Below are positions 18,223-27,281 of a stretch of DNA of 47,371 nt, one piece after another. Each line of letters starts with the position of its first letter. Positions within the stretch are counted from its first letter, which is position 1. A model generated the notes under the pieces. That model was given only the letters and a program-made list of their open reading frames with translations, ran no database searches and had not been told where the DNA came from. A program made the position numbers and the translations under genes. The DNA is from an uncultured Faecalibacterium sp. (lineage in GTDB: Bacteria > Bacillota > Clostridia > Oscillospirales > Ruminococcaceae), in the NCBI GenBank assembly GCA_944387975.1, contig CALXGZ010000123.1, positions 1 through 47,371 of the forward strand, in the 5' to 3' direction.

Positions 18223-18694
18223 TCGATTCGGCCTCCTTTGTAGGCTCTGTATGTGCAGTCTGTTTCGGCATAGACAGCCGATTGACAAGGGCTGAAAGCT
18301 CGTTAAACTCCTTGCGCGTCACATAGTCCGCAGCCGCTGTTCCAGCCGTCGCCGAAGGCATCACGGTACGCTCTACAAGGTCGTAAATTTTCATAGAGGG
18401 CTTGCCGCTCGCGTCTGCCTGCTTGAGGTAGATCACGGGGCTATTGCTGTCCCAGAGGACAACGGCGTTGTTGGGCGCAACAAGAAAATCCTGCGCTTCC
18501 TGCTCACTGCGCACCCACAGGATAGAGCCCGCAGGCTGCTGCGGCTGTGCCTGTATTTGCGGGGCAGGCGGCTGCATGGGCATGGGCTGCTGATACTGCT
18601 GGCGGTACTGCGCCAGCTGGTCCGGCATGGGGGAGAGGGCGGGCGGTTGATAGTTCTGCTGATAAGGGTAGTACGGGTTTGTATATCCGGGCAT
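18215..18694 (-). CDS. Hypothetical phage protein with Tyr/Pro/Gln-rich N-terminus
   Basis: MPGYTNPYYPYQQ...ILWVRSEQEAQDFLVAPNNAVVLWDS...YLKQADASGKPS; GGAGG RBS. Confidence 0.75.
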   Translation of the reverse strand: MPGYTNPYYPYQQNYQPPALSPMPDQLAQYRQQYQQPMPMQPPAPQIQAQPQQPAGSILWVRSEQEAQDFLVAPNNAVVLWDSNSPVIYLKQADASGKPSMKIYDLVERTVMPSATAGTAAADYVTRKEFNELSALVNRLSMPKQTAHTEPTKEAESNA

Positions 18695-18696
18695 GG

Positions 18697-19059
18697 TCAA
18701 CGCCTCCAATAGTAGAGGACAAGCTCATTGGAGCTGTCCCATGTGTCGTATAAAACCCCGTCTATTACACACACAACGTGCCCGGAAAGCGCTAAAATGT
18801 ACGTCCCTCTTGGGTGCAGTTCGGCAAATTCCCCGACGGTAATACCGTCAGGCGCAAGACTGCGGCGAAAGTCATTCCGGCGTAGGTAAGCGCCCCAGAC
18901 CGCGTTTGCGGACGGCATATCATGGAGCAGCGCGCCCTCCACAGCAAGGGCCAGATAGGTGGATTCCCAATCCTGCCCAAGGGCTTTCGATATCGCCCTT
19001 ACAGGACAATCGCCGACGTTTCGGCCTTCCGGGTTGTTGTTGTAATTGGAAAACTTCAC
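18697..19059 (-). CDS. Putative papain-fold (Cys-His-Asp) peptidase-like protein
   Basis: NPEGRNVGDCPVRAI...SGHVVCVIDGVLYDTWDS; GTG start inferred after AGAGGA. Confidence 0.6.
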   Translation of the reverse strand: MKFSNYNNNPEGRNVGDCPVRAISKALGQDWESTYLALAVEGALLHDMPSANAVWGAYLRRNDFRRSLAPDGITVGEFAELHPRGTYILALSGHVVCVIDGVLYDTWDSSNELVLYYWRR

Positions 19060-19180
19060 AACAAATTTCCTCTTCCGTATACCCAAAGTGTACATGATTT
19101 TGATATCACGCAACACCGACAGAATCAGGAACTTTGCCGGAATCTTGATGTGAAATAAACGGGTGAATATAGGTAAAATA

Positions 19181-19208
19181 AAAGGCCCCGAGGAATCCTC
19201 GGGGCCTT
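19181..19208 (-). terminator. Terminator ending the tail/lysis transcript
   Basis: Minus strand aaggccccgagga-t-tcctcggggccttttattt. Confidence 0.75.
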
Positions 19209-19213
19209 GTGTG

Positions 19214-19477
19214 CTAGGATACTTCGGAAAGACGTTCGATCCACCACACGCCGCGCCACGATTCACACAGCTTACGGATGCCGCGCCGGTACCATTTCTG
19301 GATAGCGTCCGCGCTGTATCCACAGTCTTCTGCGGCTCGTTCCTGTGTTTTGTCTCTTCGCGCGCACTGTGTGATAGCGAGCTCTTCTTTCCAGCTCAGA
19401 TTTGCCTGTTTAACGGCAAGGTCAACAAGATCAGATGCAGGGCAGCGGAGGAAGCGGACAACTGCATCTTCATCCAT
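19214..19477 (-). CDS. Small HTH protein resembling sigma-70 region 4 / phage activator
   Basis: LSWKEELAI...KTQERAAEDCGYSADAIQKWYRRGIRKL; TGATG overlap with the holin. Confidence 0.65.
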   Translation of the reverse strand: MDEDAVVRFLRCPASDLVDLAVKQANLSWKEELAITQCARRDKTQERAAEDCGYSADAIQKWYRRGIRKLCESWRGVWWIERLSEVS

Positions 19478-19722
19478 CACGATTTCCCTTTCGCTGCCTT
19501 CATGTGCTGGTCGCCGATGAGGGCCGCCGGGGTGAAGCTGTTGTTCTTCCACCAGGCGGCAAGACTGGCGGCAACGGTAAATCCGGTGGTGATCAGGCTC
19601 TCGAGCTGCGCGTCCTCGATGGGCAGCACGGGGTGGCCGGTGGCGCTCAGAATCTGGTTGGTCAGCGCCAGCGCAAGGCAGGCGGTGCGGGCGATGGTCC
19701 CTGCGGTGATGTTGGTGTTCAT
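19477..19722 (-). CDS. Phage holin, SPP1 family
   Basis: GTIARTACLALALTNQIL...PI...AWWKNNSFT signature. Confidence 0.85.
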   Translation of the reverse strand: MNTNITAGTIARTACLALALTNQILSATGHPVLPIEDAQLESLITTGFTVAASLAAWWKNNSFTPAALIGDQHMKAAKGKS

Positions 19723-19815
19723 ATGTACCTCACTTTCTCAAAAAAGGCATTAAAAAGCGAATGAAGATCAAAAAGGGATGCAATACCAGCTAAAAAACCG
19801 GTACAAAAGCTGCTG

Positions 19816-20295
19816 TTACTCGGTTTCGACGGTCTGGAAGTAGATGCCCGCCAGCTCATGCGGCAGGTAATACAGCGCAAGGCCGGTGCCGGGGGCGTCG
19901 TCCCGATCGCGGGTGCAGATGTAAGTATTGCTGTCCTCGGGGTCAAGGTAGTACCTGTCCTTGTAGTAGGTCATGCCGCGATAGGCTTCGATGGGCTTGT
20001 CCGCGCTGCCGTCGGGCGCATCCGGCGCAGGCTCGTCCCCGCCGCTGCTCTCAAGCAACTGGCCCACGCTTTCCTCAAGGTCGGCAAGCCGGTGCTCCAC
20101 CTGTGTGCGCCAGATGGCTTCCTCGTCATCGGCGTTATTGGCAGCCAGCGCGGCGGCCATGCTGTACAGCTCGGTGTACTCGGCGTCGGTGATCTGCTGG
20201 CGGGCGTGCTGCACGCCGATGATCTCCAGCGCCCGCTTGACCGTATAGTGACCGGCTTCGATCTCCTCTTTGATGGTGCGGTAGCTCAGGGTCAT
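19816..20295 (-). CDS. Hypothetical phage protein (tail-associated)
   Basis: AGGAGG RBS; C-terminal GMTYYKDRYY...YICTRD...LYYLPHELAGIYF module. Confidence 0.65.
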   Translation of the reverse strand: MTLSYRTIKEEIEAGHYTVKRALEIIGVQHARQQITDAEYTELYSMAAALAANNADDEEAIWRTQVEHRLADLEESVGQLLESSGGDEPAPDAPDGSADKPIEAYRGMTYYKDRYYLDPEDSNTYICTRDRDDAPGTGLALYYLPHELAGIYFQTVETE

Positions 20296-20299
20296 GGTA

Positions 20300-22933
20300 T
20301 CAACCTCCTGTCTGTGTGTCGATCTGTGCCGCGGCGACTTCCTGGATTTTCTGTTCGATCGCCGTGAGCTTCTTTTCGATGTATGCTTTGGGCTTAACAA
20401 TATAGTCTACTTCGAGCTGTGCCAGCGCGTCATCTGGTGTAAGCACAGTCGTGCCGTCGTAGGCGTGCAAGGCTCTGTAAGCTGCGAGTTCTTCAGCGGG
20501 GATTGGGGTTTCGATTGGAGAGGTTATTTTTACTATTGCGGTAACGGGTGTCCCGAGAGTTAATTGAGTATTAAGCCAATTACGAACTGCTTGTAATAAT
20601 GTGGAATCATCATCGCTTGCGGTTGCTCCAATAGTAGAGAGTAAAATTCTGAAATACAATCTATTCGCCGCGGCCATTGTTCCGGGTTCTCCGGGAATTC
20701 CAGAGGTAACATTTCTTTTCAGTGGGAAATGAGAGCACATTAATATATCCACTTGAGATATTTGAACGCCCCGATTATTAAATACATAAAAATCTACACA
20801 TCCGTAGGATAATTGTTCTTCTCTTTGACCATTCCAGTATAAACGAATGAAGTCTTCATCGTCTGAACTATAAACTAATGTGGCAATATTTTGCACGTCC
20901 ACCCCTCTTGCCCAGTCTCTATAATTGCAAATCCACTCCTGCCCATCCTCATCTACGAAATTACCGCCTGAACCGACAGGAATACCGGGGAGACCGTCGG
21001 GAGTTTGGAGAGTGAGAGATTGGGACTGCTCGCCGCTATCGGACAGGGTGATGCTTATTTCACCCTCATCCCCTGCGCTTACAATCTCTTGCGGATACTC
21101 AGGGGAGGGGCTGGGCTTGCCACCGGTGTAAGGCTCGTAAGGTAGAGCAGTAGAACCGGCGTTGAGCATGAAATCTACAATTTCGGATTCAATGACTTCA
21201 ACACTGAGATTTCTAAAGAAAGTGATGCCGACGGTCTTAGTATTTTCATTAAGAGTTTGTGTTCCTGTTACGGACAAACTTGTTCGTCTATTAAGAAGCA
21301 CCCCATCTTCACCAAATTCAACTAAGATTAAAAGAATGTCAGAAGAAGAAGAAGAAGACACTTGAGTAGTTCCTTCTGGCAATGCTATTAAAGGCGTACT
21401 TATTCTGCTTGAATAGTCTTCCAAAATTCCGGTAGAACCATAACTTTTACCCACTTCAATGCTTGCGATATCAAACAACTGCGCGCCCGTCGTACTCACT
21501 TGCGTGCTCTTACCATACACGCGCATTCCTTGCAAACCCCACTCCACGCTATCTTCGCACACAGCGGGGTTGCCTTTAGCCGTCTCAATGATGACGGCAG
21601 AGAGCGGCGCATACGGCCCGGTCAGCTCATAGCCAGTTCCGGCAGCGTTGACGGTGGGTGCTTTGCCGTAGTCGTTTGCGGACGGGGTGGGGACGCCGAG
21701 GCCAGGCTCACCTTCAGGAATGCCAAGACTGAGCACGGGCGCTTCCGCCGTGCCGGTGATGTTCGCAGTAGCGTCCTCACCGGGGTCAAGCGTGGTCACC
21801 GTGCCAATGGTCAGCTGCGGGGTCGCGCCCTGCGCCTTGGTCGTGGTGTCCACATACTCGCCGGTCTCGGCGTCCCAGGTCTGCCAATAACCGGTGTCCT
21901 GGTTGATCTGCGGGGAGTGGGCATTGGCGGTCTCGATCTCCTCGACGGCCTCGTCGCGGGCGTCGTTGACGGTGCCCACCGCAGCCGTGCCGGCCGCCTG
22001 CACGGCCTGCGCCTGCTGGGAGCCCGCCTGCGCGATGTTCTCGGCCTGCTGCTGTCCGGCAGAGTTGACAAGGCCCGCCTGCGTGGTACCGGCGGACTGC
22101 ACCGCGCCTACTTGCGTTGCCCCGGTCTGGGTGATCTGCCCGGTGACGGTCTGCACGGCCTGCTGGATAGCTTCCAGCGCGGCCGTACCCGCGCCTGCGA
22201 CGGCGCTCTGCTGCTTGTCGCCCTCATCTTCCAGGGCGGTGAGGGAGCTTTCGCGCTCGGTGGCGATATCATCAAGGGCGGTTTGCCCGGCCTGCTGCAC
22301 CTTTGGCAGCTCGGCGGCGGCATCTTTGGCGGACTGCTCAGCCGCTGCGGCCGCGTCCTTTGCCGCCTGGATGTCGGCCGAGATGCTGCCTGCGACTTCC
22401 TCGCCCGCTTTTTCGACAGCGTCCAGGGCGCTGTCCTTGGCGGCGCCGATATCCGTGACGGCCTGCGCCCCGGCGTCCTTTACGGTCTGCACGGACGCTT
22501 CGGCGTCCTCCGCGGCCTGTTCGGCCCGGTTGGCGTCGCCCTTGACCTCGTCCACGTACTGCTCCCATTCGGACGGCGTGGGCGGCTGCGAGTTGCTGCC
22601 CTCGGTGTCGCTGTGCCTGTCTACCGCATAGGGGATATCGGTAGAGATCAGCACGCGGCCGTCCGTTACGCCCTCGAATACGATGCGGCCCTTTGCGGCG
22701 GCCAGCGCCGTTTCGGTCGCCTCCCAAGGCACGTCCAGCGTACCGTCAGCGGGTACAAGGACGGTCACGCCAGCGGGCTGGAAGGTCGCCGTCACGGTCA
22801 GCCCTTCCCAGCCTTTGCCCAGTGTGACCGCAAGCTGTTCGTTGCCATAGCTGCCAGCCGTGCCGAGATACAGCGCCGGCCCTTCCGGCGACTTGGCGCA
22901 GTAGCCGCTCAACTCGATTTTGTGGAGCTTCAA
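20300..22933 (-). CDS. Tail fibre / receptor-binding-like protein (BppU-like N-terminus, Ala/Gln coiled-coil repeats)
   Basis: TTG start after AAGGGGTG; LGTAGSYGNEQL...GWEGLTVTATF; TIGTVTTL...LSLGIPEGEPG; ALPYEPYTGGKPSPSPEYPQEI. Confidence 0.75.
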   Translation of the reverse strand: MKLHKIELSGYCAKSPEGPALYLGTAGSYGNEQLAVTLGKGWEGLTVTATFQPAGVTVLVPADGTLDVPWEATETALAAAKGRIVFEGVTDGRVLISTDIPYAVDRHSDTEGSNSQPPTPSEWEQYVDEVKGDANRAEQAAEDAEASVQTVKDAGAQAVTDIGAAKDSALDAVEKAGEEVAGSISADIQAAKDAAAAAEQSAKDAAAELPKVQQAGQTALDDIATERESSLTALEDEGDKQQSAVAGAGTAALEAIQQAVQTVTGQITQTGATQVGAVQSAGTTQAGLVNSAGQQQAENIAQAGSQQAQAVQAAGTAAVGTVNDARDEAVEEIETANAHSPQINQDTGYWQTWDAETGEYVDTTTKAQGATPQLTIGTVTTLDPGEDATANITGTAEAPVLSLGIPEGEPGLGVPTPSANDYGKAPTVNAAGTGYELTGPYAPLSAVIIETAKGNPAVCEDSVEWGLQGMRVYGKSTQVSTTGAQLFDIASIEVGKSYGSTGILEDYSSRISTPLIALPEGTTQVSSSSSSDILLILVEFGEDGVLLNRRTSLSVTGTQTLNENTKTVGITFFRNLSVEVIESEIVDFMLNAGSTALPYEPYTGGKPSPSPEYPQEIVSAGDEGEISITLSDSGEQSQSLTLQTPDGLPGIPVGSGGNFVDEDGQEWICNYRDWARGVDVQNIATLVYSSDDEDFIRLYWNGQREEQLSYGCVDFYVFNNRGVQISQVDILMCSHFPLKRNVTSGIPGEPGTMAAANRLYFRILLSTIGATASDDDSTLLQAVRNWLNTQLTLGTPVTAIVKITSPIETPIPAEELAAYRALHAYDGTTVLTPDDALAQLEVDYIVKPKAYIEKKLTAIEQKIQEVAAAQIDTQTGG

Positions 22934-22946
22934 TGCGTTCACCCCT

Positions 22947-23354
22947 TTACTTTTTGCTGCGGTAGTCAAAGCGGCTCTTTTTACTTCTTACATCCACGTG
23001 GACAAAGGTGTCATAGATCCCCACGCCGCCGTGCTCGCCCAGCAGTTGGTCGGCCAGTGCGTAGACCTCTGCGGGCGTATGGCCGTCCACGCGGATGTCA
23101 GCCGCAAGGCCATAGGTGTGCTGTGAGGTCTTCACGCCGCCCTCGTTTGTGTTGTGCTGCGGGGTGCGGAACGCGCTGTTGATATGCACCGGCGCGCCGT
23201 AGTGCAGCCGGATGGCCTCAAGGATGCCCACAAGGCTCTCGCTCACAAAGACCGGGTCGGTGCCGTCCTTGCAGCGGAATTCCCGCACCTTGAAGTGCTC
23301 GGACAACTTGACTTCGCCCTCGGTGGCGAGGTAGTATACTTTCACGTCGTACAT
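22947..23354 (-). CDS. Peptidase M15 (D-Ala-D-Ala carboxypeptidase-like) endolysin
   Basis: HFKVREFRCKDG, INSAFRT, SQHTYGLAADI, FVHVDVR zinc motifs. Confidence 0.85.
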   Translation of the reverse strand: MYDVKVYYLATEGEVKLSEHFKVREFRCKDGTDPVFVSESLVGILEAIRLHYGAPVHINSAFRTPQHNTNEGGVKTSQHTYGLAADIRVDGHTPAEVYALADQLLGEHGGVGIYDTFVHVDVRSKKSRFDYRSKK

Positions 23355-23363
23355 GGTAGCCTC

Positions 23364-23828
23364 CTATTCTTCGCGGGTCACGCCGCCCAGAAAGTCCCGG
23401 GCTTTCATCCGTTCATCGTAGACCCTGCCGATGTTGGCGATGGCGTGCACGGCGCGGTTGTTTTTGTAGCCGGGGTGGCTGCGACAATAATCCTCGTACT
23501 GGTCGATGTGGCGGAAGGCGTCAAAGAAATCCTCCTGTGTGTGCATTTCGCCGCGCAGCAGGCTTGTGTTGAAGGCCAGGATGGCCGCCCGGTGCTCGTC
23601 CGCCTTGTACTCGTCGTAATCCTTGATGTGTGCCTCAAGGGCGCTGCTGGTGTCCTGTTGGGCCTGCTGTACCTGCGCGAGACGGTCCAGCACGTCGCCA
23701 TTGAGCGCGCGGCCAATCCCCCGGGCGATGGCGCGCCAGGGGTTGACCTTGATGGGGGCGATCTCCAAGAGGCTGAGCACGGCGGCCGCCCCCAAGCCGC
23801 CGCCCAGCAGAATCTCATCCAGCGTCAT
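23364..23828 (-). CDS. Holin-like membrane protein of phage lysis modules
   Basis: N-terminal transmembrane segment ending in LLEIAPIKVNPW; directly upstream of the endolysin. Confidence 0.6.
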   Translation of the reverse strand: MTLDEILLGGGLGAAAVLSLLEIAPIKVNPWRAIARGIGRALNGDVLDRLAQVQQAQQDTSSALEAHIKDYDEYKADEHRAAILAFNTSLLRGEMHTQEDFFDAFRHIDQYEDYCRSHPGYKNNRAVHAIANIGRVYDERMKARDFLGGVTREE

Positions 23829-23849
23829 GTGCCCTCCGCCACACTGAAT

Positions 23850-24566
23850 TCACTCCGAAACGGTAATTTCTGTGCCGTCGATTTCTGTATACTTGCTCAT
23901 GATAATTATTGGTCTAATTGAATTCTGCGCACTACTACCACCGCGCGCAGCTGCGCGGCCCGCCGCTGAAGTTGTCCAAACGTCAACAAGGTTTGTTGTA
24001 CAAGCACTTCTGTGCCAATAACGCGCACTACATGCCCGTTTTGGGTCCTCTGATACGGTATCAGGCAAACATCCCACAAAATAACTTAAGATGTGCCCAT
24101 CTGCTGGAACAAACTCGTTTCCCTCGTCGTTATCTGCTGCATAATACCCCATTTCAATAGCAGCGGGCAAAAACGATTTGCACTGAAACCCGTCTGCCAA
24201 ATAATGATTTTGTTCTGTAGTCATATCGTAATAAGGTATTTTTACGGTTAAAATGTTTTCGGCAATTGCGCCAGTAAACAGCGTGTCAAAATCTGTAACC
24301 AGTTTTCCAGCAACTGTAGACATCGAATAATTATTGCTACTACCGAAGTAGGTTGTATAATCCCCAGCTTCGTAAGCGTCCGCCAGCAATAACCACGTGC
24401 CGTTACAGCTTGCGTCATATCTTGTTTTGTCGGGGTTGCCCTGATGGACCAGAATAAAGTCCCCGACAGATGCGATCGTCACCGTTTTTCCGACCTCAAC
24501 AGAACCCAGCTTGCCCGCTATCGTTTTAAAACCCGCAAGCATGGACCGTCTGCGCAGCAGCATCAT
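23850..24566 (-). CDS. DUF6273-like phage tail-associated protein
   Basis: FILVHQGNP...YDASCNGTWLL; C-terminal YWHRS...VW...G...SIRPIII; AT-rich; ATGA overlap. Confidence 0.6.
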   Translation of the reverse strand: MMLLRRRSMLAGFKTIAGKLGSVEVGKTVTIASVGDFILVHQGNPDKTRYDASCNGTWLLLADAYEAGDYTTYFGSSNNYSMSTVAGKLVTDFDTLFTGAIAENILTVKIPYYDMTTEQNHYLADGFQCKSFLPAAIEMGYYAADNDEGNEFVPADGHILSYFVGCLPDTVSEDPKRACSARYWHRSACTTNLVDVWTTSAAGRAAARGGSSAQNSIRPIIIMSKYTEIDGTEITVSE

Positions 24567-25474
24567 GCAACCCCCCAGCTCTGGATCAGCAAGAGATTTT
24601 CGCAAATGCTGACCTCATACATTTTGTTTGCCTCGATCAAATATTCCTCGGGAAGGATGACGCTTTCGGGAAGATTGAGCACTGTTGCCGTTGCGCCGCT
24701 GCGGAAGATGAAGTGATACTCCGCCACGTGGGTGGTATCGGCCGGCGCAGCCAGGGTGACATTCAGCACCTGAATGTTGTAATTACCCAGGTAGTACAGG
24801 GTATTGGGCTGCAGCTGGATGGAATAGGGGGGCGTTGTGTTGTACGACACGCGCGGCTCAATGACAGCAAGGTCAAAATTGCCGTCGCCGTCCGGCTCCT
24901 GGTCGTTGATGGTCATAACGCCGGTAGGCAGCGTAACATTGCCGGTGCCGTCCGGCGAAATGCCGTTGACGCTCTGCACGGCGGTGTCGCCGCCGGCGTC
25001 AATGATGCCGCAGACGGTCGGGTCTTCGCGGGTGTCGGTGATATCCTCATCGCTGATGGACAGCACGCCCGCGCCTACATGGACGGTACACAGGCCCAGC
25101 TCATACGCCGTGCCGTCGCGGGTGAGGGCGGGGGCCGTCGGCTCTGCCGCAGGCGTGCCGGTCTTGGCCATGATCTGGCAGGCGTTGGCCGCGTAATCAT
25201 AGCGCAGCACGATGCGGTCGATACGGGCGTTGGTGGGGTCGCTCTCTTCGATAGAGACCGCCGTTGCCGCCGTCGACGCCACCGAAAAGCCGGTGAATTT
25301 CTCGGGGCGCATCCATGCAAGCCCTGCGGAAATGGTCACCTGCATGCCTGCGCCGGCTTCCGGCACATAATCCTCCAGCGCGGATTCTACGCCGTTTTGC
25401 CGGAACGAAAAATAGGTCTGCGCGTCCTCCGCGCTGTATGTGATATTGTTGAGCGGGTATGCGATGATCGCCAT
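24563..25474 (-). CDS. Baseplate / minor tail protein
   Basis: AYPLNNITYSAEDA, RIDRIVLRYD, KTGTP...YELGL...ITDTREDPTVCG; VQSVNGISPDGTGNV repeats. Confidence 0.7.
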   Translation of the reverse strand: MAIIAYPLNNITYSAEDAQTYFSFRQNGVESALEDYVPEAGAGMQVTISAGLAWMRPEKFTGFSVASTAATAVSIEESDPTNARIDRIVLRYDYAANACQIMAKTGTPAAEPTAPALTRDGTAYELGLCTVHVGAGVLSISDEDITDTREDPTVCGIIDAGGDTAVQSVNGISPDGTGNVTLPTGVMTINDQEPDGDGNFDLAVIEPRVSYNTTPPYSIQLQPNTLYYLGNYNIQVLNVTLAAPADTTHVAEYHFIFRSGATATVLNLPESVILPEEYLIEANKMYEVSICENLLLIQSWGVA

Positions 25475-25475
25475 G

Positions 25476-26477
25476 TCAGCCCCTCCTAAGCAAAACGGGG
25501 GTGCCGATTTCGGCCTCCCGGGTGGTGTGGTTGTTTTCGCTGGTCATCTTGACGGCCGCGACACGGGCTTGCAGCGTCAGGCCCAGCGACGCGACGCGGC
25601 AGCCAAGCATCTGGCCAACCCGGACATTTTCGTCAACGGAAAAGGACAGTGATTCGATGCTTGCCTGTTCCGATAGCTTTTGGATGCCGTAGCGGGCCAG
25701 CCGGTTTTTGTAATCGGTCAGGCTCTCGCCCTCTTCCATCGATTCTGACGCGCTGAGGTACAGCTCACGCCGGGCCGCGCCGCTGGCGGATAGGTCGCCG
25801 GTGGTCACATAGACGGTGATCTCGGTCTCTCCGCCCGAATCGTCCACGCTGCGGGCCGTGCCCTTGACGATCGCCACGTTGGCATAGCCGAGTGTGCTTT
25901 GTGTATACTCGACATCGCCCATATTGCCCCACTCGGGGGCGTAGCGGATCACGCCGTCGTAGGCGGGCTTATAGCAGGTCAGGGTCAGCGTTTTGGCCGC
26001 CCGGTCAAAGAGCACCTGCAGGCCGATATCCAGCTCCTGCGCGATTTTCAGGGCGTAGTCCAGCACGGAGCCGCCGTCGATCTGGCCTGTATACTGCCCC
26101 TCGATGCCCTGATTTGCCCCGACCGAAAAGCATGGCCAGGGCGTCATTTCCCCGGCCACGCGCAGAATGGCGGCCTCGCCGTTCTCGTTCTTTACGGTCT
26201 CGGTGCTGACGCGCTTGTCCAGGATGTTGAGCGCGTCCTTACCGTAGGCGATCAGCCGGTCGCCGGTGATCTCCACTGTTTCGATCAGCATCAGGTGGTC
26301 GCTGCCGTCGATGCCCAAATAGCGGTTTGCTTTGACGAGGGCGGCGTTATCGGACGTGTACGCAAGCTCCAGCTGCGCCTCGCCCAGGGCGTTGTAATAC
26401 TCGTCCCACACAAGGGATATCCACGAAAAGACCGTCCCCAGCGGGTTGAGCTCGAGGTCGAACACATTACATACCAT
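25476..26477 (-). CDS. Siphovirus ReqiPepy6 Gp37-like tail protein
   Basis: SLVWDEYYNALGEAQL, YANVAIVKG, RRELYLSA, RLARYGIQKL pattern and position in the tail module. Confidence 0.7.
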   Translation of the reverse strand: MVCNVFDLELNPLGTVFSWISLVWDEYYNALGEAQLELAYTSDNAALVKANRYLGIDGSDHLMLIETVEITGDRLIAYGKDALNILDKRVSTETVKNENGEAAILRVAGEMTPWPCFSVGANQGIEGQYTGQIDGGSVLDYALKIAQELDIGLQVLFDRAAKTLTLTCYKPAYDGVIRYAPEWGNMGDVEYTQSTLGYANVAIVKGTARSVDDSGGETEITVYVTTGDLSASGAARRELYLSASESMEEGESLTDYKNRLARYGIQKLSEQASIESLSFSVDENVRVGQMLGCRVASLGLTLQARVAAVKMTSENNHTTREAEIGTPVLLRRG

Positions 26478-26696
26478 CGTACACCCCCGCGACCGCAGTC
26501 TTGACGTTGACAGACACCACGAGCATCGACACGCCGGAATCCGCCTGCACGCGCAGCCGGTTCAACCCGGCGTGCAGGGTGTACAGGTCGCTGGTGTAGT
26601 CCAGCATCCCGAAGGCGTCCGACGTTACGCTGCCCCCGGCCTTGTCGACGTACATGCGGTTGTTCTCGCTGTAGACGGAGTACATCTTTCAGGCAC
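26467..26696 (-). pseudogene. Deletion junction: cro-like start joined to the C-terminal stub of a distal tail protein
   Basis: GAAAGGAG RBS and GTG at 26696 give only a 23-codon frame; another frame gives ...LDYTSDLYTLHAGLNRLRVQADSG...AVAGVYDGM, typical of Dit C-termini. Confidence 0.6.
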
Positions 26697-26782
26697 GTTT
26701 CCATCTCCTTTCGTAAATCCGCCCAAAATGACAGAATTTTGTTGTACAAGTATACGAAAGTTATCTTTTGAGAGTAAAATAG

Positions 26783-26811
26783 TTGACTTTGGTTTACTCT
26801 GATGATACTAT
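26783..26811 (+). promoter_or_regulatory. Putative lysogenic (cI) promoter
   Basis: TTGACT-17 bp-TACTAT with TG extension; overlaps an actttgg operator-like motif. Confidence 0.55.
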
Positions 26812-26862
26812 GATATTGCGAGTAAGATAGTATATAGATAACTTTGGTTGCCTTGTGCGTCT

Positions 26863-26891
26863 ATTATACGGCTACTTTGGTTGCCTGTCAA
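26863..26891 (-). promoter_or_regulatory. Lytic (cro-side) promoter
   Basis: Perfect TTGACA-17 bp-TATAAT on the minus strand, with actttggttgcct in the spacer. Confidence 0.8.
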
Positions 26892-26951
26892 TACGCAAAA
26901 AGCAACTTTGGCTATATTTGTGCTTGTGCACAAAGAACGAGGTGACTTTTT

Positions 26952-27281
26952 GTGTTTTATGATAATTTTCTGTTGCTTTGTCAGAAAAAAGGCGTATCCA
27001 GAACAAAAGCATGTACAGATTGTAATCTGAGCCGCACTGCATGGAACAAATGGCAGGGAGGCGCCGTCCCGAATGGCGAAACAGTCAATCGCTTGGCTGA
27101 TTACTTTGGAGTAACCACAGATTACCTGTTGGGAACGGAAACAGAAAAAGACCCCGCCGTGCCCGGCGAGGTCTCGGAAGATGATCTGAAGTTTGCCTTG
27201 TTTGGCGGCGAGGCCACCGACAAGCAGCTGGACGAAGTGCGGCGCTTCGCCCAGTTCATTAAAGAGCGTGATGCCAAATGA
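26952..27281 (+). CDS. CI-like XRE HTH repressor
   Basis: LCQKKGVSRTKACTDCNLSRTAWNKW...LADYFGVTTDYLLG; GAGGTG RBS. Confidence 0.88.
   Translation: MFYDNFLLLCQKKGVSRTKACTDCNLSRTAWNKWQGGAVPNGETVNRLADYFGVTTDYLLGTETEKDPAVPGEVSEDDLKFALFGGEATDKQLDEVRRFAQFIKERDAK

Noticed and set aside
19477-26696. Tailocin or phage satellite
   Set aside because: No tail tube, tape measure or sheath for a tailocin, and no primase/replicase or capsid-size genes for a satellite; the junctions indicate deletion
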